From contig JAZQXT010000080.1 of the NCBI GenBank assembly GCA_045633005.1, positions 3,253 to 67,252 of the forward strand: a stretch of DNA of 64,000 bases, read 5' to 3'. The notes below the pieces were generated by a model. It was not told the DNA's origin, did not search any database, and was given only the letters and a program-made list of their open reading frames with translations. How positions within the stretch are numbered: the stretch's first letter is position 1; each line of letters starts with the position of its first letter. This document shows positions 30,870 to 41,733 of the stretch, piece after piece. The position numbers were made by a program, and so were the translations under genes. Origin of the DNA: Eubacteriales bacterium. GTDB taxonomy: Bacteria; Bacillota; Clostridia; Oscillospirales; CAG-272.

Positions 30870-32390
30870 TTATTCTTCGTCTTTGTTTTCCGATACAGCG
30901 TTTACTGCCACGGGAACTGCTTTTTTCTTATTGTAAGCAATAGTCATGCAGATCGAAACGGCAGAAGCAACGAGTGCGAGGATCGCAACGATCATAGTCA
31001 GCGAGCCTTCACCGAAGATGGAGCCTACGCCGCTTGATGCATCGGTGTCAACAAACTGCGCCGCGCCCTTGTTATTAAAGGTTGCGTCGCCGAACTCGCA
31101 ATCAATGAAGCTCAGACCCGCATTGGAAATATTGAAAAAGAAAGTATCCTTAAGGTTCAGCATAGGCTCGCTGTAGCTAAACTTACAGTTCGTAAACGCG
31201 CTAGTAACCCCACCTGCGCAGTTTCCATAAAAAGCAAAGGATCTATTTTTGGAAAAGTCCGAGTCGCTTGCGCTCAATATCGTAGCTTCAGACTCTATCA
31301 AATATACCTGATCATTATCGGCAAAGGTGCACTTTTCCATAGTAAGGTGTCCGGCTTTGGAATTGATCACACAAGTATATTTAAGCGTATTATGACTGAC
31401 GTAGGTTTCTTGTGCATAGCCATTCTCCAAGAAACTTGTATTTTTCATGGTGACTTCACTACCGTTCGAGGCATCAATGATAGAAAAGGCAGCCCAGCGC
31501 GTCTCGCCGTCATTCGCACTCGTCAAGCCATTGCCGATAACCTTACAGCCGTCCATCAACAAAGTGCCGTCATCAACGAAAACAGCCGCTCCGTGCGTGC
31601 TCCGTTCGAATCCCTGATTATTCTCAAACGTTACGTACGTAAAAGCGGCGCTCGCATCCTCTATATAAACGCCTCCGCCATACACGTCGTCGTGCGATGC
31701 GTTATTGGAAACACAGCCGCCATTCATAGTAAGGCTAGCTCCATTATATACCGCAATACCTGCGCCATCGTCGTCATCAACGTTGTTTCCGACAATATTT
31801 ACGTTGTTGAGAGTCAGCTCTGAGCCGTCCTGCATATGAATTCCGCCTGCTCCGTTACAGCTCCAACCGCCGGTAATCGTGCCAATTTTCACCTCACCCG
31901 CATCCTCGTCGGGCTTGATGATCGGATCGCCGCTCTTGCCACCGTTGATGATCACATCGGCGTTATCGTTGATACAGATAACCTCGCCGTCATATTCCCA
32001 CTTTTTGAGTCCGCGATTGATGGTATGACCGTTAAGGTTGATGGTCATTTTTACGTCGCTGGGGACGTAGATAGTGCTGTACTGAAATCCGTCGCCGCTA
32101 CTGCTTCCAAACTCACCTTTTTCGTTGGCGTTCCAATCAGCAAGCAGATCGACCGCGATGCGTTCATAGCCATTCTCATCCATATAATCGTGATCCATCG
32201 CATAATCGACAGCCTTTTCCCAGCCATCTTCGAAAGACTTGGAGCCGTCGAGAATGATAGGTGAACCGCCCTTTTTAAGCCCATAGATGCGAATAACGTC
32301 ATCCGTTGAGATGGTCAAGGCTGATGCGCCTATGCAAAGCGCGGTTCCAAAAACGCAAAGGATCATAATGAATGCAACAATTTTTTTCAT
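30870..32390 (-). CDS. Secreted, C-terminally anchored right-handed beta-helix repeat protein
   Basis: Signal peptide, INLNGHTINRG, GAGGI/GAGI/GGGV/HGAAV repeats, GSIFGEGS plus TM and KKK tail. Confidence 0.75.
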   Translation of the reverse strand: MKKIVAFIMILCVFGTALCIGASALTISTDDVIRIYGLKKGGSPIILDGSKSFEDGWEKAVDYAMDHDYMDENGYERIAVDLLADWNANEKGEFGSSSGDGFQYSTIYVPSDVKMTINLNGHTINRGLKKWEYDGEVICINDNADVIINGGKSGDPIIKPDEDAGEVKIGTITGGWSCNGAGGIHMQDGSELTLNNVNIVGNNVDDDDGAGIAVYNGASLTMNGGCVSNNASHDDVYGGGVYIEDASAAFTYVTFENNQGFERSTHGAAVFVDDGTLLMDGCKVIGNGLTSANDGETRWAAFSIIDASNGSEVTMKNTSFLENGYAQETYVSHNTLKYTCVINSKAGHLTMEKCTFADNDQVYLIESEATILSASDSDFSKNRSFAFYGNCAGGVTSAFTNCKFSYSEPMLNLKDTFFFNISNAGLSFIDCEFGDATFNNKGAAQFVDTDASSGVGSIFGEGSLTMIVAILALVASAVSICMTIAYNKKKAVPVAVNAVSENKDEE

Positions 32391-32436
32391 GTCGTTGTCC
32401 TTTCTTATTTTAATTATATTTTATCGTTTCGCACTT

Positions 32437-32472
32437 ATTTTAACATAGCGGGCGTTACAAAGGCGTTACAAA
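32437..32472 (-). promoter_or_regulatory. Promoter with a perfect 11-bp tandem repeat TTTGTAACGCC x2
   Basis: Same motif and same 11-nt spacing to the -10 box (TAAAAT) as at 30774-30809. Confidence 0.65.
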
Positions 32473-32547
32473 CTAAAAAACAAGGGAATCTATACTGCAA
32501 TATTTACTTTTTTAAGAAGATGTGATATAATAAACGAAGGGGGTGAG

Positions 32548-33246
32548 ATGATGAAGAAATTTGTTGGTTTTGCGACTAACGGTGAATATTCAGTCGGTTG
32601 CACGGGACAAACGGTTTATTTATACGACAAAAGCAATAATGATATCGGAAAATTTAAAGATATTATTTACGCCTATGCTCCAATAATTTCTCCCGACGGA
32701 AAAATATTCGTCGTTAAATCGACTGTCGGTCGACTTGCGGTCTATTCGCTTGAAACGTTTTCTCTAATCAAAAAATTTCGTTTTTCAAAGGTCGACGGTG
32801 CACAGGACGACGGTTTTTGTTTTTCGCCCGACGGACGTTTTTTCATAAATATTGAAAGACATCAAGATAGTTTGCATTCCGCCATATCCATCTATAACAC
32901 ATCCGATTTTTCATTGGTAAATCAACTTCTTATCGGCGAGGATATGGTGCTTAACTGTATCGAATATGACAAAACAACAAGCTCGTATTACGTTTTGGGC
33001 TTTGTTCGAGGCTATGACCGTGTTATAGATCACGGCTTTGTAGGTAAATTTGAAAACGGTCAAATTAAGAACGTAACTGCCATTTCTAAAAATGAATATG
33101 AATTTTACAGATCATATAAGAGCTTGGAAAAATTCGGATTCACAGAAAAGAAATATGACTGTACGCATATAGATTGTGAGCTTGAAAAGCTCAAGGCAAT
33201 GAACCATACTCTGGCAAAATTGTATGCATATAAAACAGCCGAGTGA
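32548..33246 (+). CDS. Hypothetical protein with beta-propeller-like repeats, AT-rich
   Basis: ISPDGK and FSPDGR repeats; visibly lower GC than neighbours; TGnTATAAT upstream. Confidence 0.65.
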   Translation: MMKKFVGFATNGEYSVGCTGQTVYLYDKSNNDIGKFKDIIYAYAPIISPDGKIFVVKSTVGRLAVYSLETFSLIKKFRFSKVDGAQDDGFCFSPDGRFFINIERHQDSLHSAISIYNTSDFSLVNQLLIGEDMVLNCIEYDKTTSSYYVLGFVRGYDRVIDHGFVGKFENGQIKNVTAISKNEYEFYRSYKSLEKFGFTEKKYDCTHIDCELEKLKAMNHTLAKLYAYKTAE

Positions 33247-33309
33247 AGCTCGGTTTGCCGTTGGTATGCAAAAACAAAAAACGGAGCGGGTGCTCCGTTT
33301 TTTACAGTT

Positions 33310-34185
33310 TTATTGTAAGTTGCGTGCGGCGAGGGTGGTATAATACTCGACGGAGACGCGAAGCTCGCCCAAGCCTATGCCGAGGGCGATATTCGGCTTA
33401 TTCGCTCCGTGAAAATCGCTTCCGCCGCTTTTCAAAAGTCCAAATTCTTCGGCAAGGGCGTGAGCCGCCGCCGTCTGCTCGGCGGTGAACGTCGAGTAAT
33501 CCGTTTCGATAGCCGCAAGTCCGTGCGCTTTTGCTTTCGGAAGGAAAGCACGAAGCTCGTCATAAGTGAGATTCAAAAACGGATGTGCGAGTATCGGCGC
33601 GATACCAAAGCTACAGAAATACTCAATAACGGCAAAGGCGTCGGGGCGCGGCGCGGGCTTATAAAAGCCGTGCTTCTCCGAGAGCACACCGTCAAACCCT
33701 TCGGCAATGGTAGATATATATCCGCACCTTATAAGCTCCTTGGCGAAATGAACTCGGTTTACCGAGCCTTTCTTTCCTGCGCTGACTATGCGCTCGTAGT
33801 TTATATCGTACCCCGCCGCCTTGAGCGCTTTATAAAGCTCAAAGCTCGCTATATCTTTTTTAAGTTGGATATTCTCCAAGTATTCGTTGATCTGTCCGTA
33901 TTTTTCCTCGGGAACGAAAAGTCCGACCATATGTATCTCTTTTCCTTCGTACCCCACCGACATCTCAACGCCGACTACCGCCTCAACACCGTATTCACTT
34001 GCCGCCTGTGCGAATTCCCGCGCGCCGCCTATCGTATTGTGGTCGGTGAGCGCAACGGCGGAAAGTGACAGCGCCTTTGCTTGCTTGATGATCTCGGTCG
34101 GCGTACAGCTTCCGTCGGAATACGTGGAATGCGTATGCAGATCGCAACAGCGTGACAGCGTAATATTGCTTGTAATTTTCATCAT
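33310..34185 (-). CDS. PHP-domain metal-dependent phosphoesterase
   Basis: DLHTHSTYSDG, ALTDHN, LAHP, GGSDFHG. Confidence 0.9.
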   Translation of the reverse strand: MMKITSNITLSRCCDLHTHSTYSDGSCTPTEIIKQAKALSLSAVALTDHNTIGGAREFAQAASEYGVEAVVGVEMSVGYEGKEIHMVGLFVPEEKYGQINEYLENIQLKKDIASFELYKALKAAGYDINYERIVSAGKKGSVNRVHFAKELIRCGYISTIAEGFDGVLSEKHGFYKPAPRPDAFAVIEYFCSFGIAPILAHPFLNLTYDELRAFLPKAKAHGLAAIETDYSTFTAEQTAAAHALAEEFGLLKSGGSDFHGANKPNIALGIGLGELRVSVEYYTTLAARNLQ

Positions 34186-34372
34186 CTCCGTTTGCTATTT
34201 TATGATATTAGTATACAACTAATCGCGTTTTTTGTCAACTGCTATGTAAAAAACGAAAAATGAATGCTTAAATGGAAAAATAATTTCAAAAAGTCCTTGA
34301 CTTTGGGGGAAATAGGTATTATAATATGTATTGTCGCTTTTTGTGCCGTCTTATTTTTTGGGAGGTTTTGTA

Positions 34373-34906
34373 ATGCTTATTGACCTGTCAGCATTATTGC
34401 GTGGCGAAGTCACGGATATAGCCCTTGACTTTGACATAACTCCCAATGAAGCGCCGTACGGCATCGAATTTACCGAGGGTGCGCATCTTACGGGGCGTAT
34501 CGAGGACACGGGCGGATATATTCGCCTTAGTGCAATTGCCAAGGTTCCTTACCGCGGCGAATGCGCAAGATGCCTTGATCCCGTCACGGGCGTGCTTGAA
34601 GTGAATTTTGAACGAACCCTTGTCCCCGAAGGCGTTATGAGTGAAGAACGTCTTGAGGAGGAGGCTGACGAGTATCTCGCCATCAGGCGCGGTATGCTCG
34701 ACATTGACGAGGCGCTTTGCGAATCCGTATTTCTTGAATTTCCCCAGCGACTTCTCTGCTCACCCGATTGCGGCGGACTTTGCTCCGTTTGCGGTCGAAA
34801 GCTTGCCGCCAACGAAACGTGCGATTGCTCCCCGAAGGAGATCGATCCGCGCTGGGCAAAGCTTCGTGAGCTGCTACGGGATGACGAGAGCACGGACGAG
34901 GAATAA
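34373..34906 (+). CDS. DUF177/YceD family protein
   Basis: CARC, LCSPDCGGLCSVCG, IDPRWAKL; directly upstream of rpmF. Confidence 0.9.
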   Translation: MLIDLSALLRGEVTDIALDFDITPNEAPYGIEFTEGAHLTGRIEDTGGYIRLSAIAKVPYRGECARCLDPVTGVLEVNFERTLVPEGVMSEERLEEEADEYLAIRRGMLDIDEALCESVFLEFPQRLLCSPDCGGLCSVCGRKLAANETCDCSPKEIDPRWAKLRELLRDDESTDEE

Positions 34907-34963
34907 GACCACAGCGTAAATAATTTTGTTATCAAATGATGTAAATACAGGAGGATTGGTAAA

Positions 34964-35146
34964 ATGGCAGTACCGAAGAGAAAAACATCCAAAGCTCGCA
35001 GAGACAAGAGACGCGCAAACTGGAAGCTTGCAGTTCCCGGTCTTGTAAAGTGCCCCAACTGTTCGGCTCTCATTAAGGCTCACCACGTATGCCCCGAGTG
35101 CGGCATGTACGACGGCAAGGAAGTAGTCGCTAAGAAGGAAGCATAA
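34964..35146 (+). CDS. rpmF: 50S ribosomal protein L32
   Basis: MAVPKRKTSKARRDKRR, CPNC/CPEC. Confidence 0.97.
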   Translation: MAVPKRKTSKARRDKRRANWKLAVPGLVKCPNCSALIKAHHVCPECGMYDGKEVVAKKEA

Positions 35147-35225
35147 GCTTTTCGGATGGAATACCGCACGTCGGCGACGCCGAGGTGCGGTATTCGTTTA
35201 TTTTTATTTATTAGGAAGTGTTATA

Positions 35226-36416
35226 ATGAAAGAAAGATTTATTCGCTCGGCGGCGGTTATTGCAGTAGCTTGCCTTTGCATCTTCTCCCTCGCATCCTGC
35301 AGTCTTACGGACATTTTCGGCAAGGACTACCCCGACACTACGCTTGCAACGCAAGCCTCCGACACAACAACAGCCGCACCCGAGACCACGGTAGCAAGAC
35401 CCGAAAAGCCGAGCCTTATTGAGCTTGATATGGAAAAATATCTGAGCCTTGATTACAAGGGACTTTCACTCAGCGTAAAGAAGCTCCCTAAAGTCGTAAC
35501 GGATGATGACGTGAATGCCGAGATCGAGGGATTGATCAAACAACTCGGCAAATACACTCTCATTACCGACCGCGCTCCCGTAGAGGGCGACACGCTTGAG
35601 ATAAGCTACGTTGGCACGATAAACGGCGAGGAATTTCAGGGCGGAAAATCCGACAAGGCAACCATACTTCTTGACAAAAAGAACAGCGGCTACATCGAAG
35701 GCTTTGCCGACGCGCTTTACGGCGCGGCGTGCGGAGACACGGTAACGGCAGAGCTTACTTTCCCCACGGATTATTACGAGCATCTCGCAGGCAAGGCGGT
35801 CACGTTTAAGATAACCATCAAGGGAATCTGCAACTTGGAGCTGACCGACGATATCGCCAAGGAAATAAGCAAGGGCGACATAACCACCGCCGCCGATTAC
35901 AGAACGCACGTAAAGGAATATCTGGAGCTTGAGATAAAGCACGCCACCATCGACGAGGTTTACGAGGAGATGTGGGATCTTTTGATAGAAAGAGCCACCG
36001 TCACCGAGCTTTACGCACCGCTTTACGACTTCTACCACGCTGATTTTATAAATTCCATAGTCGAGTATGCCAATTACTACGGCATCAGCTACAACGAATG
36101 CCTGAAAACGCTTGGATTTGATGAAACCAAGATAGACGAAATGGCGAAGGAAAGCGCGATCGGGGATATGATAATCTACTACATCGCCGCCAAGGAAGGA
36201 ATCACCGTTACCGACGAGGATTGCAAGGAATACCTTGAGGACTACGTTGAATACTACAAGGAACAAGGTATGAACTACACCGTCGAGTCGCTTGAAAAGG
36301 AGCTTGAGGACTACTACGGCGAGGGCTACGTTTACACGCAGCTTTTGTCGGGAGACGTCATCTTTGCCGTTTTTGACAGCGCAACGCTTGTGGAAAAACC
36401 TGCGGAAACCGAATAA
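35226..36416 (+). CDS. Trigger-factor-like lipoprotein (FKBP PPIase plus TF C-terminal domain)
   Basis: Lipobox LASC, Thr-rich linker, DYKGL, EFQGG, YIEGF, TFPTDY, LAGKAVTFKITI. Confidence 0.8.
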   Translation: MKERFIRSAAVIAVACLCIFSLASCSLTDIFGKDYPDTTLATQASDTTTAAPETTVARPEKPSLIELDMEKYLSLDYKGLSLSVKKLPKVVTDDDVNAEIEGLIKQLGKYTLITDRAPVEGDTLEISYVGTINGEEFQGGKSDKATILLDKKNSGYIEGFADALYGAACGDTVTAELTFPTDYYEHLAGKAVTFKITIKGICNLELTDDIAKEISKGDITTAADYRTHVKEYLELEIKHATIDEVYEEMWDLLIERATVTELYAPLYDFYHADFINSIVEYANYYGISYNECLKTLGFDETKIDEMAKESAIGDMIIYYIAAKEGITVTDEDCKEYLEDYVEYYKEQGMNYTVESLEKELEDYYGEGYVYTQLLSGDVIFAVFDSATLVEKPAETE

Positions 36417-36457
36417 AAGAAAACGCTTGGCGCATCGCGCCAAGCGTTTTCTTTTAT
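36414..36457. terminator. Bidirectional terminator
   Basis: aaaagaaaacgcttggcgc-atc-gcgccaagcgttttctttt. Confidence 0.8.
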
Positions 36458-36463
36458 CTTTAC

Positions 36464-37495
36464 TTATGCAAGCTCTGCAAAGTACTTGATGGTGCGAACC
36501 ATCTGGCTGGTGTAGGAGTTCTCGTTGTCGTACCAAGAAACTACCTGTACCTGATAGGTGTCGTCATCGATCTTAGCTACCATGGTCTGAGTAGCATCGA
36601 AGAGGGAGCCGTATCTCATACCGATAACGTCGGAGGATACGATATCCTCGGTATTGTAACCGAAGGAAGCGGAGGAAGCAGCCTTCATAGCAGCGTTGAT
36701 GCCCTCCTTGGTAACGTCAGCGCCCTTAACTACTGCAACGAGGATAGTGGTAGAACCGGTGCAGGTAGGAACTCTCTGAGCAGAGCCGATGAGCTTGCCG
36801 TTGAGCTCGGGGATAACGAGACCGATTGCCTTAGCAGCGCCGGTGGAGTTAGGAACGATGTTCTGTGCGCCTGCGCGAGCACGTCTGAGGTCGCCCTTTC
36901 TGTGAGGACCGTCAAGGATCATTTGGTCACCGGTGTAAGCGTGTACGGTGGTCATGATACCGCTCTGGATAGGAGCGTAATCGTTGAGAGCCTTAGCCAT
37001 GGGAGCGAGGCAGTTGGTGGTGCAGGATGCAGCGGAAATGATCTGGTCATCAGCGGTAAGGGTGTTCTCGTTTACAGAGTAAACGATGGTCTTAAGATCG
37101 TTGCCTGCGGGAGCAGAGATAACGACCTTCTTTGCGCCTGCGTTGATGTGAGCCATGGACTTCTCCTTAGAGGTGTAGAAGCCGGTGCACTCGAGAACAA
37201 CGTCAACGTCAAGAGCGCCCCAAGGGCAGTTAGCAGCGTCCTTCTCAGCGTAGATCTTGATCTCCTTGCCATCAACAATGATGGAGTCCTCGGTAGCCTC
37301 AACGGTGTGAGTGTTCTCACCGATAGCGCCGCAGTAAGCACCCTGAGCGGTGTCGTACTTCAGAAGGTGAGCAAGCATCTTGGGGCTGGTGAGGTCGTTG
37401 ATAGCAACAACTTCGTAACCCTCTGCGCCAAACATCTGGCGGAATGCGAGACGGCCGATACGGCCAAAACCGTTAATAGCAACTTTTACTGACAT
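36464..37495 (-). CDS. gap: Type I glyceraldehyde-3-phosphate dehydrogenase
   Basis: [26 protein letters not shown]. Confidence 0.97.
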   Translation of the reverse strand: MSVKVAINGFGRIGRLAFRQMFGAEGYEVVAINDLTSPKMLAHLLKYDTAQGAYCGAIGENTHTVEATEDSIIVDGKEIKIYAEKDAANCPWGALDVDVVLECTGFYTSKEKSMAHINAGAKKVVISAPAGNDLKTIVYSVNENTLTADDQIISAASCTTNCLAPMAKALNDYAPIQSGIMTTVHAYTGDQMILDGPHRKGDLRRARAGAQNIVPNSTGAAKAIGLVIPELNGKLIGSAQRVPTCTGSTTILVAVVKGADVTKEGINAAMKAASSASFGYNTEDIVSSDVIGMRYGSLFDATQTMVAKIDDDTYQVQVVSWYDNENSYTSQMVRTIKYFAELA

Positions 37496-37670
37496 TTTTG
37501 GAATTCCTCCGTAAATATGATTTTTTTGGTCGGACTTTTTTAAGTCCAATTATTGCCACCATATATTTTATCCTATTTTGATGAAATATACAAGGGGTTT
37601 TTGAAAAAAATATTATTTTTATTGAAATTTTCAAATATAAATATGCTTTTTGGGGGCTTATTGTTCATTT

Positions 37671-38396
37671 TTACCGCAAAAATCGGCGGCGCGTCAGAAA
37701 ACGATAGCGAAAAAGCCGCCCGATACTCCCAAAACGCTTTGGCTGACGCAGCATACGCCATAGCCATTCGAGGCGCAGTTTAACAAAAAACGAAGGCGCG
37801 CGGCGTAGCTTACCCGCCCACACGTCGAGCGCTCCGCCGACTCCAATCGCCGCGCCGACGGATAATTTTTCTTTATTACGCGATATGAAAAGCTCCTGCT
37901 TGGGGAAACCCATACCAACGAGCAGAAGGTCGGGAGAGAGGGCGGCGATTTTCCTAACGAGTGCTTCCTCGTCATCAAAAAAACCATCGGACACGCCAAG
38001 AACTTGCAGCCCCTTATACCTCTCGCAAAGGGCAAGTGCGGCGCTGTCTGCTATTCCCCGCTCTCCGCCGACGAGGTACACGCTGCCGCCCACGGCGGCA
38101 AGGCGCGACATCACCGCCTCGGCGGTGTCGATGCCCGTGACTCTTTCGGGGAGCGGAGTGCCCTGCCTTTTTGCCGCGCCGATAACGCCCGTGCCGTCGG
38201 CTAAAACGAGGCTTGCGGAATTTATCACGTCGCGCAAGGAAGCATCGTCATAACAGAAGGTAGAAATAAGGGCGTTGGGGGTAAATACGGTATACGCGGA
38301 CTCACGTTTTCGCGTGGCGCGAAATATCGCATCCGCCGCCTCGGTCGCCGTGACCGCGTCAAAGCCTATACCGAGCACGTTTATCTTTTTGCTCAT
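37671..38396 (-). CDS. WecB/TagA/CpsF glycosyltransferase
   Basis: FTPN, LADGTG, ERVTGID, VGMGFPKQE, GVGGALD, LEWLWR. Confidence 0.9.
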   Translation of the reverse strand: MSKKINVLGIGFDAVTATEAADAIFRATRKRESAYTVFTPNALISTFCYDDASLRDVINSASLVLADGTGVIGAAKRQGTPLPERVTGIDTAEAVMSRLAAVGGSVYLVGGERGIADSAALALCERYKGLQVLGVSDGFFDDEEALVRKIAALSPDLLLVGMGFPKQELFISRNKEKLSVGAAIGVGGALDVWAGKLRRAPSFFVKLRLEWLWRMLRQPKRFGSIGRLFRYRFLTRRRFLR

Positions 38397-38551
38397 ATCG
38401 CCCTCTCCCTTCCGAATTTTTAATAAGTATATCATATTTTTAAAAAATAGGCAAGTTTTTTGCCTCAAAAGTTACGCTTTATCTTGACACGGGCGATTTG
38501 TTGATTTATAATATAATGTGATTTATTATGTTCTGAAAGGACGAAATTTTC

Positions 38552-39991
38552 ATGGCTGACAATAAGAAAATGGTTGATGCTATAACATCAATGGAAACAG
38601 ACTTTGCCCAGTGGTACACCGACGTTGTAAAGAAGGCAGAGCTTGTAGATTATTCTGGCGTTAAGGGATGTATGATCATCCGTCCCTACGGATACGCCAT
38701 CTGGGAAAACATCCAGCACATTCTTGACGCGGAGTTCAAGAAGCTCGGACACGAGAACGTGTATATGCCTATGTTCATTCCCGAATCTCTGCTCCAGAAG
38801 GAAGCGGATCACGTTGCGGGCTTTGCTCCCGAATGCGCTATCGTGACCATCGGCGGTCAGAACAGACTTTCCGAGCGTCTTATCGTGCGCCCCACGTCCG
38901 AAACGCTTTTCTGCGAGCATTACCGCAATATCATCCACTCCTACCGCGACCTTCCCAAGCTCTACAACCAATGGTGTAACGTAGTTCGTTGGGAAAAGAC
39001 CACCCGTCCCTTCCTTCGCACCTCCGAGTTCCTCTGGCAAGAGGGACACACCATGCACGAGACCGAGGAGGAGGCACGCGAGGAAACTCTGCGTATGCTT
39101 GACGTTTACGCTGATTATTACGAAAAACCTCTCGCTATCCCCGTAGTTCGCGGTCGAAAGACCGACAAGGAAAAGTTTGCGGGTGCTGAGGAGACCTATA
39201 CCGTTGAGCCTATGATGCACAACGGCGTTGCGCTTCAGGGCGGAACTACGCACTACTTCGGCGACGGATTTGCTCGCGCGTTTGACATTACCTACACCGC
39301 GCGTGACAACACCGTAAAGCATCCCCACCAGACCTCTTGGGGCGTTTCTACCCGTATGATAGGCGCTATCATTATGGCTCACGGCGACGATAACGGGCTT
39401 ATCCTCCCCCCCGCCGTTGCGCCCATTCAGGTAGTTATCGTTCCCGTTGCACAGCACAAGGAAGGCGTGCTTGAAGCCGCAAAGGCACTCAAGGACAAGC
39501 TCTCCGCGCGCTTCCGCGTAAAGCTTGACGACAGCGACAACTCCGCGGGCTGGAAGTATTCCCAGTATGAGATGAAGGGTGTTCCCCTCCGTCTTGAGAT
39601 AGGTCCGCGTGATATCGAAAACAATTCCTGCGTGCTCGTTTCCCGCGTAAGCCGCGAAAAGACCTTCGTTTCCCTTGACGGCATCGAGGATTCCGTTGCG
39701 GCGGCACTCGAGTCCGTACACAACGAGCTTTACCGCCGTGCATCCGAAAACCTCAAGAACCGCACCTCCAACGCCGTAACGTACGAGGAGCTGCTTGAGA
39801 TCGCGTCCACGAAGTCGGGCTTCATCCGCGCCATGTGGTGCGGCGACAGCGAGTGCGAGGACAAGATAAAGGAGGACACGGGCGGAGTGAAGTCCCGTTG
39901 CATCCCCTTTGACGAGGAGCACCTTTCCGACGTTTGCGTATGCTGCGGAAAACCTGCAAAGCATATGGTCGTTTGGGGACGTCAATATTAA
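38552..39991 (+). CDS. proS: Proline-tRNA ligase (archaeal/eukaryote-like type)
   Basis: [35 protein letters not shown]-terminal Zn-binding domain. Confidence 0.96.
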   Translation: MADNKKMVDAITSMETDFAQWYTDVVKKAELVDYSGVKGCMIIRPYGYAIWENIQHILDAEFKKLGHENVYMPMFIPESLLQKEADHVAGFAPECAIVTIGGQNRLSERLIVRPTSETLFCEHYRNIIHSYRDLPKLYNQWCNVVRWEKTTRPFLRTSEFLWQEGHTMHETEEEAREETLRMLDVYADYYEKPLAIPVVRGRKTDKEKFAGAEETYTVEPMMHNGVALQGGTTHYFGDGFARAFDITYTARDNTVKHPHQTSWGVSTRMIGAIIMAHGDDNGLILPPAVAPIQVVIVPVAQHKEGVLEAAKALKDKLSARFRVKLDDSDNSAGWKYSQYEMKGVPLRLEIGPRDIENNSCVLVSRVSREKTFVSLDGIEDSVAAALESVHNELYRRASENLKNRTSNAVTYEELLEIASTKSGFIRAMWCGDSECEDKIKEDTGGVKSRCIPFDEEHLSDVCVCCGKPAKHMVVWGRQY

Positions 39992-40055
39992 AATCTTCGA
40001 CGGTTGCGACAGCAAATGTCGCAACCGTTTTTAAAATAATGAAAGGAGGCAGGAT

Positions 40056-41186
40056 ATGAAGGAGTTTAATACGACGTTTCTTGAAAAACTGAAAAAAGTA
40101 GACCCTTGTTTGCTTATATGCACCACTATCCTGTCTCTTATAAGCATTCTTTTGATGATCGGAGTGAGTGATGCAAGCGAGATAGGCAACAGCACGCGAG
40201 TTATCACCATGCAAAGCGCGACAACCGTGGTAGGAATAATCTTTGCTTTTTTCATTTCCACGCTCGACTATCAGGAGATAGTCAACAAGCTGTTTATTCC
40301 GTTTTTCATAGCGCAGATAGGACTTCTCGGCATTACGCTTTTGTACGGCACCGCCGAGGGAAGCAACCAAAGCTGGCTATACATAGGCCCTATAGGAATA
40401 CAGCCGTCAGAGTTCGTCAAGGCGACGTTTATCGTGACGTTTTCAAAGCACATAGATATAGTAAAAAAGAAGATAAACCATCCGCTCTCCATTCTCGGAC
40501 TTCTTATACACGCGGGGCTCGTTATCGGACTCATACTGCTTTCGGGCGACCTTGGAGTTGCGCTCGTTTACTGCGGACTCGTGCTTATTATGCTGTTTTG
40601 CTCTGGGCTAAGCCTTTTTTATCTGCTTGGCGGTTTTGCCTTTGTCTTCGTTTCAATTCCGTACATTTGGCCGCACCTCAACAGTTATCAGCAGGACCGT
40701 ATAATATTCGGCTTTACACCCGAGGCTGACCCGCAAGGCTACGGCTTTCAGGCACTTCTTGGGCAAAAATGCGTTGCAAACGGCGGATTTTTCGGTCAAG
40801 GACTTAACGGCGGTCAGTATTACAAAAATCTTTTCGCTTGTGAAAACGATTTCGCTTTTTCCTCGCTTTGCGAAAAATTCGGAATGCTTGGCGGACTTAT
40901 CGTCATCGCCACGCTTGCGGTGCTTGTGGTCAGGATATTTATGATAGCAAAATCCGCCCGTAAGGATTCGGGTGCGTTTTTGTGCATCGGCGTTGCCGCT
41001 GTCATTACCGTTCAGGCTATAGAAAACCTCGGAATGAGCCTTGCCATGCTCCCCGTCGTCGGTATCACCCTCCCCTTCGTGAGCTACGGCGGCTCGTCGA
41101 CGCTCGCTATGTATATTATGATAGGAATGGTCCACAGCGTACACGCACACAAGGTCAAATACTTCTTTGAACGGGAAGAAATGTAA
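40056..41186 (+). CDS. FtsW/RodA/SpoVE SEDS family protein
   Basis: IQPSEFVK, GDLG, YQQDRI, GITLPFVSYGGSS. Confidence 0.9.
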   Translation: MKEFNTTFLEKLKKVDPCLLICTTILSLISILLMIGVSDASEIGNSTRVITMQSATTVVGIIFAFFISTLDYQEIVNKLFIPFFIAQIGLLGITLLYGTAEGSNQSWLYIGPIGIQPSEFVKATFIVTFSKHIDIVKKKINHPLSILGLLIHAGLVIGLILLSGDLGVALVYCGLVLIMLFCSGLSLFYLLGGFAFVFVSIPYIWPHLNSYQQDRIIFGFTPEADPQGYGFQALLGQKCVANGGFFGQGLNGGQYYKNLFACENDFAFSSLCEKFGMLGGLIVIATLAVLVVRIFMIAKSARKDSGAFLCIGVAAVITVQAIENLGMSLAMLPVVGITLPFVSYGGSSTLAMYIMIGMVHSVHAHKVKYFFEREEM

Positions 41187-41253
41187 ATTTAAGAATATAA
41201 TAACCTCCGCGCAAATATTATTCATTGAGTAATATTTTTGCGGAGGTTTTTTC

Positions 41254-41733
41254 ATGTTTATTTATTCGTTTCGCGCAAGCACGCTTCGTTTTTTTGCCGT
41301 GCTTTTGCTTGCCGCCACGGCGCTCGTCGCGCTGATAGTTTTCGTACCCGCCTACGACGTTGCCGCCGAGGCGGGAGTGCAGGTCAATTACGACAACGTA
41401 AAGACTAACGAGGACAGAGTGAAGTTTCTCGGTCAGTTCGGTTACACCGTGTCGGGTGAGCCCGTTGAGAGCGTTGAGGTAACGCTGCCGTCGGAATTTG
41501 ACAGAGTTTTTTCAGGCTACAACGAGCTTCAAAAGGCGCAGGGGCTTGACCTTTCCAAGTACAAAAACAAGGCTGTAATGCGCTACACCTACGAGATAAC
41601 GAACTATCCGACCGACAGCGGTGCGAAGGTCTGGGCAAACGTTATCGTGTGGCGCGGGCGTGTTATAGGCGGCGACGTTTGCTCGGCTGACCCGTCGGGC
41701 TTCATTCACGGCTTTGAGCGTGCTTCGGAGTAA
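41254..41733 (+). CDS. DUF4830-like membrane-anchored protein
   Basis: N-terminal TM, YNELQKAQGLDLSKY, VIGGDV. Confidence 0.7.
   Translation: MFIYSFRASTLRFFAVLLLAATALVALIVFVPAYDVAAEAGVQVNYDNVKTNEDRVKFLGQFGYTVSGEPVESVEVTLPSEFDRVFSGYNELQKAQGLDLSKYKNKAVMRYTYEITNYPTDSGAKVWANVIVWRGRVIGGDVCSADPSGFIHGFERASE

Noticed and set aside
41702-41733. 32-bp convergent overlap of the DUF4830-like and GerA-family genes
   Set aside because: Short 3' overlaps of convergent genes are common; nothing suggests a special function.
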